DNA from: Minutocellus sp. GHC0000111
Taxonomy: Eukaryota
Direction of reading: 5' to 3'
Assembly (NCBI GenBank): GCA_977018835.1
Contig: OZ361257.1
Location: forward strand, 5,518,001 to 5,570,560
Length of the DNA stretch: 52,560 bases
Positions 24,201 to 35,400 of this stretch are shown in pieces. The notes below the pieces were generated by a model that had not been told where the DNA came from, ran no database searches, and was given only the letters and a program-made list of their open reading frames with translations. The translations under genes and the position numbers were made by a program. The number at the start of each line of letters is the position of its first letter. The stretch's first letter is position 1.

Positions 24201-25504
24201 TCATCCGAGAAGCTCAGATCAAGGAAGGTGAACACTCTGATACGTCCTTCAGTGCCGGATCTCTCAAGGCTGCTCGTCGCGCAGCGGGTGCTGTCCAGCA
24301 CGCAGTCGACCGAGTTCTTGTGGGTCGTAATCGGAATGCATTTTGCGTCGTTCGGCCTCCAGGCCATCATGCCGGGGTCAACGGGCTGTTGGCCGGGGGC
24401 GAATCCTGTGGTTTCTGCATCTTCAATAGTGTTGCAGCTGGTGCTATGCACGCCCTATCGGACGATAGCCATAGGCCCAGGTGCGAGAGGTTCATTGTTG
24501 ACATCGATGCTCACCACGGTAACGGAACGGAGGAAATTATCAAGAAGTGCCATGATCCTGGTCGCCTCTTCTTCTTCTCGGTACACATTTTCGATCACGA
24601 CAAGAAGAAGAGCGCCAGTTCCACTGTACCTACGTACAAGTTCTACCCTGGAACGGGCGACGAAGATGATGTTGCCAACAATATCATCAACGTCCCTATT
24701 GCCCCCATGTGGAAAGAGAAGGAGGTGGCTGGCAAATCTACCACCCCCAAGGCTGCGAATGCTGAGCCCATTCAGACTCGAGGCCGCACGAAGCGAAGGG
24801 GTTCTTCCTCCTCAGTAGGCGGCGAGAAGCCATCACCGGCGGCTGCCGACAAGTCCATTACCAGTGACAACGACAGTGTATCGGTGGAAGATTCGCCATC
24901 GAATGGTGGGTCGGTCTCCTCGAAGAATGGATCGGCTGCCACTGAACCGGCCAGGCCTGCGCATTATCTCTTGGGAACAGGTCGAATGGCTTACCGACGT
25001 GCGGTGCAGCAGCAACTCCTCCCCTCGTTGAGAGCATTCAACCCCGATTTGATTCTCCTGAGCTCGGGCTTTGACGCATCTCGAGGCGACGTTGGCAATG
25101 CTCGTCATTACATTGGTGGAACTCAGCGCATGGGTATCGATCTTGAACCCGAAGACTATGCTTGGACGACGAGGAGGGTGAGTCTTATGATCTTTGCTTT
25201 GTAGCATCACATTTTTCATTTACGTATCAATGGATTTTTTGCTCTAACATTTCCGTGTTGTTCATTCTGATTTGTTTCCCGATCACAGATTCTTGAAATC
25301 GCCGACATTTGCTGCCAAGGACGAGTTGTCTCGGTCCTCGAGGGCGGATATGGTCGAACCTCAAGGCAGCAACCCCAAGCCGCCGCCGCTTCCGCCTCCG
25401 ATAGTGCTGGCGGTGATAGCAAGCTGCCCAAGTTAGACAAATCCGTCTTTGCCGAATGTGCATTTCAACACGTCCAGGCGCTGGTCGATCCATTTGATGA
25501 ATGA
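21211..25504 (+). CDS. MYB (SHAQKYF-class) - ankyrin repeat - class II-like histone deacetylase fusion protein
   Basis: Introns 21762..21951, 22738..22873, 23341..23459, 24080..24187 and 25178..25288 are all GT-AG and frame-preserving. MYB: TGRWTKEEHDAFLIGLKLYGKEWKKVAAKVKTRTVVQTRTHAQKYF. Ankyrin: SALHKAV, GYFPLHSAA, GETALHWAL. HDAC: EAPDRV, RPPGHHAG, GFCIFNSVA, DIDAHHGNGT, YPGTG, SSGFDA, VLEGGYG. Stop TGA at 25502-25504. Confidence 0.9.
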
Positions 25505-26006
25505 ACGACTTGAGAATTGGACTACCCAGTGTCGAGTCTCAAAAAATTTTGGCATCGGGTATCATAAGATGCCTGCCTTGTGGATGCTAGCAGCTATAGC
25601 ATTATAGTTTTTGTATTATAACATAAAAGTGAAGATGCTTACTTGAGTATGAATTCCTAGAAGGGTATTACACAATCGAAAGTCAAGCTTTTTTCAAGTC
25701 GGCCCTTGCTTTTTTGACGTCTGCCTTGACAAAAATAGATTTTCTGTGGGCAATTCCCCGAAAAGTTACCCCCATACAAAGTTAGGGTTCCCCCTTTCCT
25801 TGCGGGGAAAATGGTTTACTGCTTTCGACTTACTTGCATTAGGTTATGTTCTGTCACGTAGAAAATGAAAACGTCAGAAAGAAGGTAAAAATCGCATTGG
25901 TTTTGGTCCCGGCCCGCCCACCACGCCGGCGCCCTCCCCGCCACCCGTGTTCGATGGTTGGCCACTGATCAATACGATACAGCCCAACCTCAACTTAGTA
26001 GCAACC

Positions 26007-27646
26007 ATGAGCGACGAGCAGCAAGAAGAAGTGTGAGTTGAGGGTTTGGAGTTGCTGGAGCTCGGCGGTTCGAACGGTGGTCGCATTCGAGCACATGTGT
26101 GCCTCATTCTTTCGAAAGGAATTCCGTCGGCACCTCGTTGGCGCAATTTCATATGCACGACGTGTTTGTTGGCGGGAAACCATGAACGCATTTGATGAGC
26201 GACATCACACGGTCAATGGCAGATAGATATGCCCAGGCAATGGGACTGGTCGTGTTCACAATCTATGTCGAGTCTATTCATCTCTAATATCTTCACAACA
26301 CATCTCATGCCCAATAATTCAAAAACCTCACAGCCCCCCCCAGACCGAGGGCGGCGATGATGCCCCTCCCGGCGGCCTTACCGATGCCGACATCGACACC
26401 AACTGGGACGAGGCCATCGAGACCTTCGACGGCATGGAGCTCCCCGAGGAGCTTCTCCGTGGCATCTACGCCTACGGTTTCGAGAAGCCCTCTGCCATCC
26501 AGCAGCGTGCCATCAAGCCCACCATCCTCGGCCGCGATCTCATCGCCCAGGCCCAGTCCGGTACGGTACGTGCTTTTGTGCAGACGGGTGTGCTTGGCTT
26601 GCTTTCGTGCAGTGAGGGACGCTCGCCGAACGATGGTGCTACTTTTGAATGAAATGTTGGCACATGAGAGGAGAGGATTCGGGGGAGAAGGAATGAAGAT
26701 CACAATAAACATCACCTTTCGAGTCTGAAAAGAGTCACCCTCGACGTGTCTGACAAAAAATTAGACTTAGAAATCGGACCTTCCCACCCTTCTCCCTCCG
26801 AATGCTGGCCTTTCTTCTGTAACGATGGCTATGTGGCGTTGATATCTTTTTACGGACTCCTCGTGTAATGTTTCAACACAACAGGGCAAGACCGCCACCT
26901 TCGCGATCGGTACCCTTGGCAAGCTTGATTCCAAGCTCCGTGAGTGCCAGTCCCTCATCCTTGCCCCCACCCGTGAGCTGGCCCAGCAGATCCAGAAGGT
27001 CGTCATCGCTCTCGGTGACTACATGGAGGTCCAGGTCCATGCCTGCGTCGGTGGTACCGCCGTCCGTGACGACATCCGTGTCCTCCAGGGCGGTGTTCAC
27101 ATCGTCGTCGGTACCCCCGGCCGTGTCTACGACATGATCAACCGTCGTGCCCTCCGTCTCGACAACATCCGTCAGTTCATGCTCGATGAGGCTGATGAGA
27201 TGCTTTCCCGTGGTTTCAAGGACCAGATCTATGACATCTTCAAGTTCCTTCCCGAGCAGGTCCAGGTCTGCCTCTTCTCGGCGACCATGCCCCTCGACGT
27301 CCTCGAGGTTACCCAGCGATTCATGCGCGATTCATGCGCGACCCCGTCCGTATCCTCGTCAAGAAGGACGAGCTTACCCTCGAGGGTATCAAGCAGTTCT
27401 ACATCGCCGTCGACCGCGAGGAGTGGAAGCTTGACACCCTCTGCGATCTCTACGAGACGCTCACCATCACCCAAGCCATCATTTACTGCAACACCAGGAG
27501 AAAGGTCGACTGGCTCCAAGAGCAGATGCAGCAGAGGGACTTCACCGTCTCCTGCATGCACGGAGACATGGACCAGCGCGAGCGTGACATCATCATGCGC
27601 GAGTTCCGCTCTGGATCTTCCCGTGTCCTCATCACCACTGACCTTC

Positions 27647-27677
<31 letters not shown>

Positions 27678-27873
27678 CCTGGTCATCAACTTTGACCTCC
27701 CCACCAACCGTGAGAACTACATCCACCGTATCGGTCGTTCCGGCCGTTTCGGTCGTAAGGGTGTTGCCATCAACTTCCTTACCGAGGGAGATATTCGCTA
27801 CTTGCGCGATATCGAGCAGTTCTACAATACCGAGATTACTGAGATGCCCATGAACGTTGCCGACCTTATCTAA
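26007..27873 (+). CDS. EIF4A: Eukaryotic translation initiation factor 4A (DEAD-box RNA helicase)
   Basis: Exons 26007-26032, 26334-26565 and 26885-27873. Motifs [21 protein letters not shown] (across a splice), [31 protein letters not shown]. An 11-nt tandem duplication at 27317-27338 shifts the frame. Confidence 0.97.
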
Positions 27874-28222
27874 GGGTCGGTCACAAGATGCATGGTCGGA
27901 AGGAAAATCGAAAGAACTAATCGTTTTTGGGATTTTGCCTGCGCATGGTTTATTTCGCAGGTGTATGTCGTGTGAGAAATGTTAAATTCATACATAAGCC
28001 AATGTATTTTGAGATACTACTAAGTTGACATCTACTAGTATTGTTTAGAGGGGCAGTAACCTATTGGAACGTGCGAGCTACGTAGCTAGTAAGAGTTACG
28101 ATGATACTCGCCAGAGCGAGGAAATACAAATATAGCGTCTAGTATTATGCTATGTGCTTTCGATGACAAAGTTAATATATCGACATCGGTGTTGAAAAAC
28201 AAAAATTAGATGATCCTCCTCT

Positions 28223-31200
28223 TTATAATTCACCCATGGCATCTTCGAGTTCCGCGAGAATATCAGCCCTCTTGATGTCGGCATCGGAAGTCTCGCTTCT
28301 CATCGGCGGTTTCTCCTTCCTTGGAGAGTAGTGACGATTGCTCAAGCGCGCAGTGGCCAATGACTTGCGATTCATCGGAGGTTCCAAGGTGCTCGAACGC
28401 ATTCGTGATTGTCCTCGTGGGATAGCTGCCCTGGTCCTCGTGCTTGATGTCATCGCTGTGGCTCCACCGCCCATACTAAGTCTTTTCTTTCGGGCAATAC
28501 GCGCTTGCCGTGAAGCCGATGTCCGAGCTGATCGACTGGAGTCAGTGTTGGAACTGGAATCAGAGAAGTACGTGTCGGTGTTATGCAGCGGTGATCGATT
28601 CTTCTTCTCGGCCTTCCATGAGGTGGGCATTTCGTAACGATAGATCGCAGAGGTGACCGAACCAACACTGGAATCATCGTTGGCGGCATGAGGGCGATGT
28701 TGATGAAGGATTGGTGGGAGGCTGAGATTGCTACGGGAACGAGTCATCTCTACCGGCTTTGTCAAGACATCGGAAGCTACAATCTGGCGTCGGCTGTCGT
28801 CTCCATCGATACTGCTGTCTGAAACAGTGATGGCAGATCGGTCACATTCTTGACTTTGGGGGACCTTGCCAGCATCTGAGGTCTGATCCTTGTCTTCTGA
28901 TTTGCCAACAATGACTGGTGATCTGGAAGTATAGGAGGTGTATAGCGTGTCGTTTCCTTCTGGCGCAGAGTAGTAGGCAGCATCGTCGTCATTGGCAAGA
29001 GATCGGTAGGATGAGGTAGACTTTCGAGGCGATGGACTCGGAGTAACAGCCTTGCGGATAAAGTCCAGCTTCGATTCGCTGTCCGAAGGCGCAGGCGACC
29101 GAGTCAGATAGCCACTTTCGTATCCATCCTTTCGGTCCTTGTGCTCGTCGTCCTCTTCGCCTTCTTCGATGACACCATCCTTGTTGAACGAAGTTTCGAC
29201 AATGGTATTGAGGATGGTGTCTTCTCCAATACCACCGGCGCCGGCGATTAGACCATCAGTCGGAAGCAGGCCGTGTGGATCTTCCAAAATTGTGATATTG
29301 TTCTGCATGGACTTGTCGTCTTCCGAACTATCTTCCATCGCTCTCAGATCCATATCAGTCTCCTCTTCGATTGTTTCGTCAAGCAAGGACTGAGAACCAA
29401 TGGAGCGATTCGAAGAGAAGCGTCTGCTCCTCTTCTTTTTCCTACGTCTTCTCCTGCGACCGTCAGGGCCTCTGCTGCCGCTCCTTCGAAATTTCTTCTT
29501 TTTCCTTTTCTTTTCCTCTAGCACGCCTGCAATGACGGCTGAGGCTTCTTTTTCGTCCTCGGAACCACCATATGACGATACAGAGCTATTACCATCGGAT
29601 GCGTAGGACGACAGTGATGATCCACCATCGCTGGTGTAAGCCTCGAGCTCATCCTCCGGCATCTCCTCGTCGCCGAGTGATATGACAGCTGAGAGATTGG
29701 TATCGGATTCCTCCGCCTCCGATGATGAGGGGTAGTACATCACAGGTGGGTCGGCGTACTTGTTTTCCTGTGTTTGATTATCCACAGGGTCTTCCGGGGG
29801 CGGCGGAGGAGGCGGAGATAGCTCTCCGCTGGTATCGACAACAGCTCCGAGTGCATCCTCGATCAAGGACGAAACCTCGCCGTTGGATTTTTCGCTGGAA
29901 TTATCCAGACTCTGCGACTTCGCTGCTGCCGCCGATGCCGAGATGATGGACGAGGCTCGGCTGCGACGGCTCAGGTTGCTAAGATCACTGTCGACGCGAA
30001 CAAAGGCGATGCCACCCTCCTCGCGGACGATGATACTGTTGTCGGCCTCGTCATCGGTGTGCTCGTCGTCGGCATCGGCACTGATGTCATCATCCTCGAC
30101 GATGCTGGTTTCTTGACTCTGAGTCCGAGCCTGACTGCCCTTCTCCAACTCGTCACAAAATTGACTGAGCTGCTCGGAAGCGTCGCTGCTGGACGATCCA
30201 GGGGGATCCACCGACGATCTGCGACCGTTGCCCTCGTCAGACGAAGCGTCCATGGCAACGTAGGCGGCCTTTCCTCCGAGATTTCGGATACTAATCCCAT
30301 CGTCAATGGCCATATTATCACTGAGCTTGCGGCCCAATGTCTGAAGGGACGTGCGCAGACTGCGGCTCTTGTCTCGCAGCGATTTGGACGAGGACAACGC
30401 ACCGCCAGCACCCTTGGTCCTACGACCATCGTCGTCGTCATTGTTGATTTCATTGTCACCATCGTCGGAACTATCCGAGTCATCGTCGACAACGTTGCTC
30501 ACCATGAGCCGATTCTCCTCGGCATCCGAAGGTGGTGCCAGGGCATCCTCGTCGGCATAGTACTGCCGGCCGTGGTCCAACTTGGCCTGTTCCATGGCGG
30601 CCCGGTGCTCGTCGTCAATCACGTGCGGCGAGTCCATATCGTACGCCGGGGGACGGTCCTTGTAGATGACTCCCAAATCGCCCCCCTCGCCAATCTCATC
30701 GAGCCGGCTGGTTTGCAGCTGGACCATCTTCGAGGCCTCGTCGTCGGTGGTGGTGTACATGGAGGAATCCTCGCGATCACCATCGCCATCGATGCTACTT
30801 TGCTCCTCTTCGTCGCTATGGTATGCATTCAAAGGTGGGTATTCGGCGGTGGCTCCAAGAGAAGTTGGGGTGACCAATGCCGGTGCGGCCTCTCCACCAG
30901 ATCGTTCCACCATGGTTGGTACTTTGCCAGGTGGGTCCTGACTCCGCTGGCTATCCCTTCGCTTGGTGGCAGCAGCATAGGCGGCGGCACCACCAACGGC
31001 CACGGCAGCTGCACCTCCGGCAATGGCAGCCGCCTCCCTGGAAGCCACACCCTCCTCCACACCACTCTCGTACTCAATGGTCAGCCCGGTAAACTCCCCG
31101 GCCTCCAAATGGTCCAGCAAGTTGTCATCCTCCCTCATCTCCCGGGCGTCGTCGTCTTCCCCCTCCCCAACATCTCCGCTCTCGTCCATCAGCCCGTACC

Positions 31201-31999
31201 TCTCCAACCCCCCCACCTCCCCCTCCCCATCCCCCTCCTCCGTATCGACATACCGCAGCCTCCAATCCCGTCGCTGTTGGATCCTGTACTGCACGTGCTC
31301 GAACCCATCGGACACGGCATCCGTAAATCGTTGGATCATCCCACCCTTGCGTCCGATGGTCCAGTTCTCCTTGATCTCGTAGTACTGGGCCGGGTGGGTA
31401 GTTAGGGCCGTGTACGCGCTGATCATGGCCTGGAGGGTGGCGGCGATGATGAGGTAGAAGGCTCCCACGTGCAATCCACACGTATTACCTGGTATCTTAC
31501 AGGTGTTGCTTTCCAACAATAAGAAGGAGGGGACGGACAATATCGAGGTGAGGCCGGACAGGATGGACAGGGCACGGTACGTGGCGTCGGTGGGCGGCAC
31601 GAAGCAGGTCAGGGCGAGGAACAGGAGGACGGCGCCGATGGCGGTGACCCACGAGAGGGACAGAAAGGTCTGGGACAGGGTCGTCATGGTATCGGATTCG
31701 GTGCCGGATGATGAATTGATGGAATTCATTTCCGTGCCTTCCTCGCCGCCGCCGCCGCCGTCGAGGCTGTCCTCGTCGACCTCGTCGCTGCCAATGGCAT
31801 TCCCACCACCGCCACCGTTGGAGGCAGGGCAGAATATGCCCAACGAATCCTCTTGCAGATCGGTGGGAGACGAAACACTCAAAAAGGAGCACGAGAATCC
31901 CGCCAAGAAGCTCAGGCTGAGGGCGACGATGGACAGCGTGGTAAGAAGGAGGAGGGGCAGCCGGTGCCGGAACAGAGAGTGGGATCGGCTGCTCAGCAT
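28223..31999 (-). CDS. Hypothetical protein: N-terminal ~4-TM Cys-containing membrane domain + very long acidic/Ser-rich disordered tail
   Basis: 1258-aa intronless ORF with four hydrophobic helices in the first ~200 aa, Cys residues in the loops (AGFSCSF, LGIFCP, TCKIPGNTC), and a basic cluster (KKRKKKKFRR...RRRRRKKKR) in the tail. Confidence 0.75.
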   Translation of the reverse strand: MLSSRSHSLFRHRLPLLLLTTLSIVALSLSFLAGFSCSFLSVSSPTDLQEDSLGIFCPASNGGGGGNAIGSDEVDEDSLDGGGGGEEGTEMNSINSSSGTESDTMTTLSQTFLSLSWVTAIGAVLLFLALTCFVPPTDATYRALSILSGLTSILSVPSFLLLESNTCKIPGNTCGLHVGAFYLIIAATLQAMISAYTALTTHPAQYYEIKENWTIGRKGGMIQRFTDAVSDGFEHVQYRIQQRRDWRLRYVDTEEGDGEGEVGGLERYGLMDESGDVGEGEDDDAREMREDDNLLDHLEAGEFTGLTIEYESGVEEGVASREAAAIAGGAAAVAVGGAAAYAAATKRRDSQRSQDPPGKVPTMVERSGGEAAPALVTPTSLGATAEYPPLNAYHSDEEEQSSIDGDGDREDSSMYTTTDDEASKMVQLQTSRLDEIGEGGDLGVIYKDRPPAYDMDSPHVIDDEHRAAMEQAKLDHGRQYYADEDALAPPSDAEENRLMVSNVVDDDSDSSDDGDNEINNDDDDGRRTKGAGGALSSSKSLRDKSRSLRTSLQTLGRKLSDNMAIDDGISIRNLGGKAAYVAMDASSDEGNGRRSSVDPPGSSSSDASEQLSQFCDELEKGSQARTQSQETSIVEDDDISADADDEHTDDEADNSIIVREEGGIAFVRVDSDLSNLSRRSRASSIISASAAAAKSQSLDNSSEKSNGEVSSLIEDALGAVVDTSGELSPPPPPPPEDPVDNQTQENKYADPPVMYYPSSSEAEESDTNLSAVISLGDEEMPEDELEAYTSDGGSSLSSYASDGNSSVSSYGGSEDEKEASAVIAGVLEEKKRKKKKFRRSGSRGPDGRRRRRRKKKRSRRFSSNRSIGSQSLLDETIEEETDMDLRAMEDSSEDDKSMQNNITILEDPHGLLPTDGLIAGAGGIGEDTILNTIVETSFNKDGVIEEGEEDDEHKDRKDGYESGYLTRSPAPSDSESKLDFIRKAVTPSPSPRKSTSSYRSLANDDDAAYYSAPEGNDTLYTSYTSRSPVIVGKSEDKDQTSDAGKVPQSQECDRSAITVSDSSIDGDDSRRQIVASDVLTKPVEMTRSRSNLSLPPILHQHRPHAANDDSSVGSVTSAIYRYEMPTSWKAEKKNRSPLHNTDTYFSDSSSNTDSSRSARTSASRQARIARKKRLSMGGGATAMTSSTRTRAAIPRGQSRMRSSTLEPPMNRKSLATARLSNRHYSPRKEKPPMRSETSDADIKRADILAELEDAMGEL

Positions 32000-32492
32000 C
32001 TTTGGTGGTCCAGTCTGTTGTTTTTGCCTTTCTCAAGTTGGGCGGCGGGCGGTAATCGTTCGTGTTTTTAGCCGGTCGTTGGCGGTTTGCGCGCGGGGGC
32101 AAGCAACGTTGCCGCCTTCTTATCTTAGAATCTTGGATGTGCTGCTTTTTGCAATTCAAAAAATGAAATATTCCAAAGCTCCAACTTCGCATCCAGATCT
32201 TTCTTTCTCTGCATGTATGGTAGTTCGCAGGTCTGCTGCTGCTGACCGCTTGCAGGCACCAGAGGTTCAAAGCAGAAGGGTTCAAGTCAAACCGGTCTCT
32301 CCCTCTCTCATACCGAGAGGTGCGCCAAACAAGAGTGAGAGGAGAGGGCTTGCTTGCCTCATTTTTTTGCGGGAGACCACGGAGATGGACTTGTTCGACT
32401 AAAATGACGGTCGAAAGATGCATGCGAAAAGAGATGAAGAGATGGGCATAAAACCGTGGGAGGCAAGGTGACCGACGAGCAGATACGAAAGC

Positions 32493-35400
32493 ATGGAGGA
32501 CACCAGCGACGATACCTCCGCCGCAACGGCGTCGGAGGGCGCCGTTGATGCGTCGGCCGAGGCGGCACCGGCCGTGAGCGAGGCCGACGCAACGAACGAG
32601 GCGGCGGCAGACGACGGCGCAGCGGAGGAGACGAATGACGACGGCGCAGCTCCTCCCACCACTGCAGTTGTCGAATCGGCGCCGGCGCCAACGGCAGATC
32701 TGCTCGATGTTTTCGGGGCAGCTCCAGCTCCAGAGGCAGCCGCGCCGGCAGATGCAACCGCCCCGGCGGCAACCGGCGGCGGGGATATGGACCTGCTGTC
32801 CATGGACCAACCCCCTACCGCCGCCGCCGCCGCTGCCACCACCAATGCGACCAACACCACCGCCCTCGAGATCGAACTGCAAAGAACCAAACAGCAACTC
32901 CAAGACACAACCGCCCTCAAACAAAAGCTCGAGGCCAGCCTCGACAAGCTCAAGAAGAAGGCCGTCGAGCGGGTCAAGGGGTGCGAACAATCCCTCGCGG
33001 ACGAGAGGGCCCTCAACGAAGAGCGGAAGCGCAAGATGAAGGTGTTTGTGGAGGCCAAGGCCGAAGAGCTGCGGGCGGCCAGGGCGCAGAATGAGAAGTT
33101 GCAGGTGGAGATGGAGGGGCTGCAAAAGACGCTGGAGGAGGCGCGGGACAAGCAGGCTGCCGCGGCTGCCGAGGATGGGGAGAAGGATACCAGTACCGCC
33201 ACGGAGGACGATGCGGAGCTACGGGCCGCCCTGGACAAGGTTGCGGAATTGGGGAAGGAACGCGACGAGGCACTGCAGAAGGTTGAACAGGTACAGAGTG
33301 CCGCCGAGCAGACCGCGAAGGACGATGCCGAATCGAAGGCTGATACACTCGCCCGAATCACGGCATTGGAGAAGGAGCGCGACGAGGCGTTGCAACAGGT
33401 GGACGAGGTACGAGGTGCCGCCGAGCAGGCCGCTAAGGACGATACCGCCTCCAAAACCGATGCGCTCAATAAAATCTCGGCATTGGCGAAGGAGCGCGAT
33501 GAGGCGCTCAAAAAGATCGAGGAGGCACGCGTCAGTCCTGAACAGGCCGCTAAGGACGATGAAGTCAAGGCTATCGATGCGCTCAATATGATCGCAGGAT
33601 TGGAGAAGGAACGCGATGAGGCGCTCCAAAAGGTTGAGGAAGCACAGAGTAGTGCGGAACAGGCTGCCAAGGACGATTCTGAATCCAAGAACAATGCACT
33701 CGCTAGAATTGCGGCATTGGAGAAGGAACGTGATGAGGCGTTGCAACAGGTGGACGAGGTACGAGGTGCCGCCGAGCAGGCCGCTAAGGACGATACCGCC
33801 TCCAAAACCGATGCACTCAATATGATAGCGGAATTGGAGAAGGAACGCGATGAAGCTCTCCAAAAGGTTGCGGATGCCGCCAAGGACGATACTGAAGCCC
33901 AAGCCGCGCTCGCCCGTATTGCGGAGCTGGAGAAGGAACGCGACGAGGCACTGCAAAAGGTTGCGGATACTGCCAAGGACAATGACGCCAAGGCTACCGA
34001 TGCTCTCAATAAGATCGCAGGATTGGAGAAAGAGCGAGACGAAGCTCTCCAAAAGATCCAGGAGGTACAAAATGCTGCTGAGCAGGCCGCCGAGGATGTT
34101 GCCAAGGATAATACTGAAGCCCAAGCCGCGCTCAATAAAATTACGGAACTGGAGAAAGATCGCGACGAGGCACTGCAAAAGATCGAGGAGATACGCACTA
34201 GTGCCGAGCAGACCGCCAAGGACGATGCCGAATCCAAGGCAGATGCTCTCGCCCGTATCGCGGAATTGGAGAAGGAACGCGACGAGGCACTACAAAACAT
34301 TGAACAGGCCGCCAAGGACGATACCGAAGCCCAAGCCGCTCTCACTAGAATTGCGGAGTTGGAAAAGGAACGTGATGAAGCTCTGCAAAAAGTCGAAGAG
34401 GCTGCCAAGGACGATGCCGAATCCAAGGCCGATACACTCGCGAGAATTGCGGAGCTCGAGAAGGAACGCGACGAAGCTCTCCAAAAGGTTGAGGAAGCAC
34501 AGAGTAGTGCGGAGCAGGCCGCCAAGAATGCCAAGGACGAGGGGCTCGTCAAAATCGCGGAGCTGGAACAAGAGCGCGATGAAGCTCTAGAAAAGGTCAA
34601 GGAAGCCAAGAAGAATGCCGAGCAGGCCGCCAAGAATGCCAAGGACGATGCTGAATCCAATGCCACCCTCATTACCGAAATGCAGTCTAGCCTGGAGAAG
34701 CAGATGTCCCAGCGAGCGGAGGCAGAAGACAAGGCGCGGAAGATGGCGGCGTCCATGACTGAGATGCAGGAGCAGCTCGACAAGTTTTCCGATATGGAGG
34801 ACAAGGTCGAGAAGATGGATGCCAGCTTGGTCCAGATGACCGCCGACAAGTCCAAGTTGGAGGTTGAGGTTCAAAAGCTTCGCGAGGCCCGGGAGGAGGC
34901 CGAACGAAAGGAGATTCTCTTGACCAACCGACTCAATGAAGCCAAGAAGAAGGAGGAAAATAAGTCTAACGATGCCGAGCAAGCCGAATATGCAATGACG
35001 AATCTTAAGAAGGAGCTGGAAAAGACCAAGGAGGAGCTTCAATCTACCATCGAAATGAAAGAAAAACTCGAAGCCAATATGGAGAAGCTTAAAACCAAGG
35101 CTGTGGAGCGAGTCAAGGGTTGTGAGGAATCTCTAGCCGAGGAGAAGGCTCTGAACGAAGAGCGAAAGCGCAAGATGAAGGTATTCGTTGAGACCAAGGC
35201 GGAGGAACTACGGGTGACCAAGGAGCAGAACGACGAGCTGCAAACGGAGGTTGAGGAGCTTCGGACCACGCTGCGAGAAACGCGGGAGAAGCTCGAGCAC
35301 GTCCATGCCGAATGGCAGAAGGTGCAAACGCGCAACCGCGAGCTGATGAGAGAGATGAAGTCGATGAAGAAGAATACCGAAAAGATGCACAAGATGGGCG

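Noticed and set aside
25781..25790. TTAGGGTT telomere-like/telo-box motif upstream of eIF4A
   Set aside because: A single short copy cannot be distinguished from chance.
33225..34660. Regularly spaced repeats resembling a CRISPR array
   Set aside because: The repeats are in-frame coding units with related, non-unique 'spacers'. There are no cas genes and the context is eukaryotic.
32399..34855. 818-aa antisense ORF, and similar long antisense ORFs at 2540-3877, 30059-31405, 31497-33125, 38395-39762 and 39813-41321
   Set aside because: These are shadows of GC3-rich or repetitive sense-strand genes and show no independent protein motifs.
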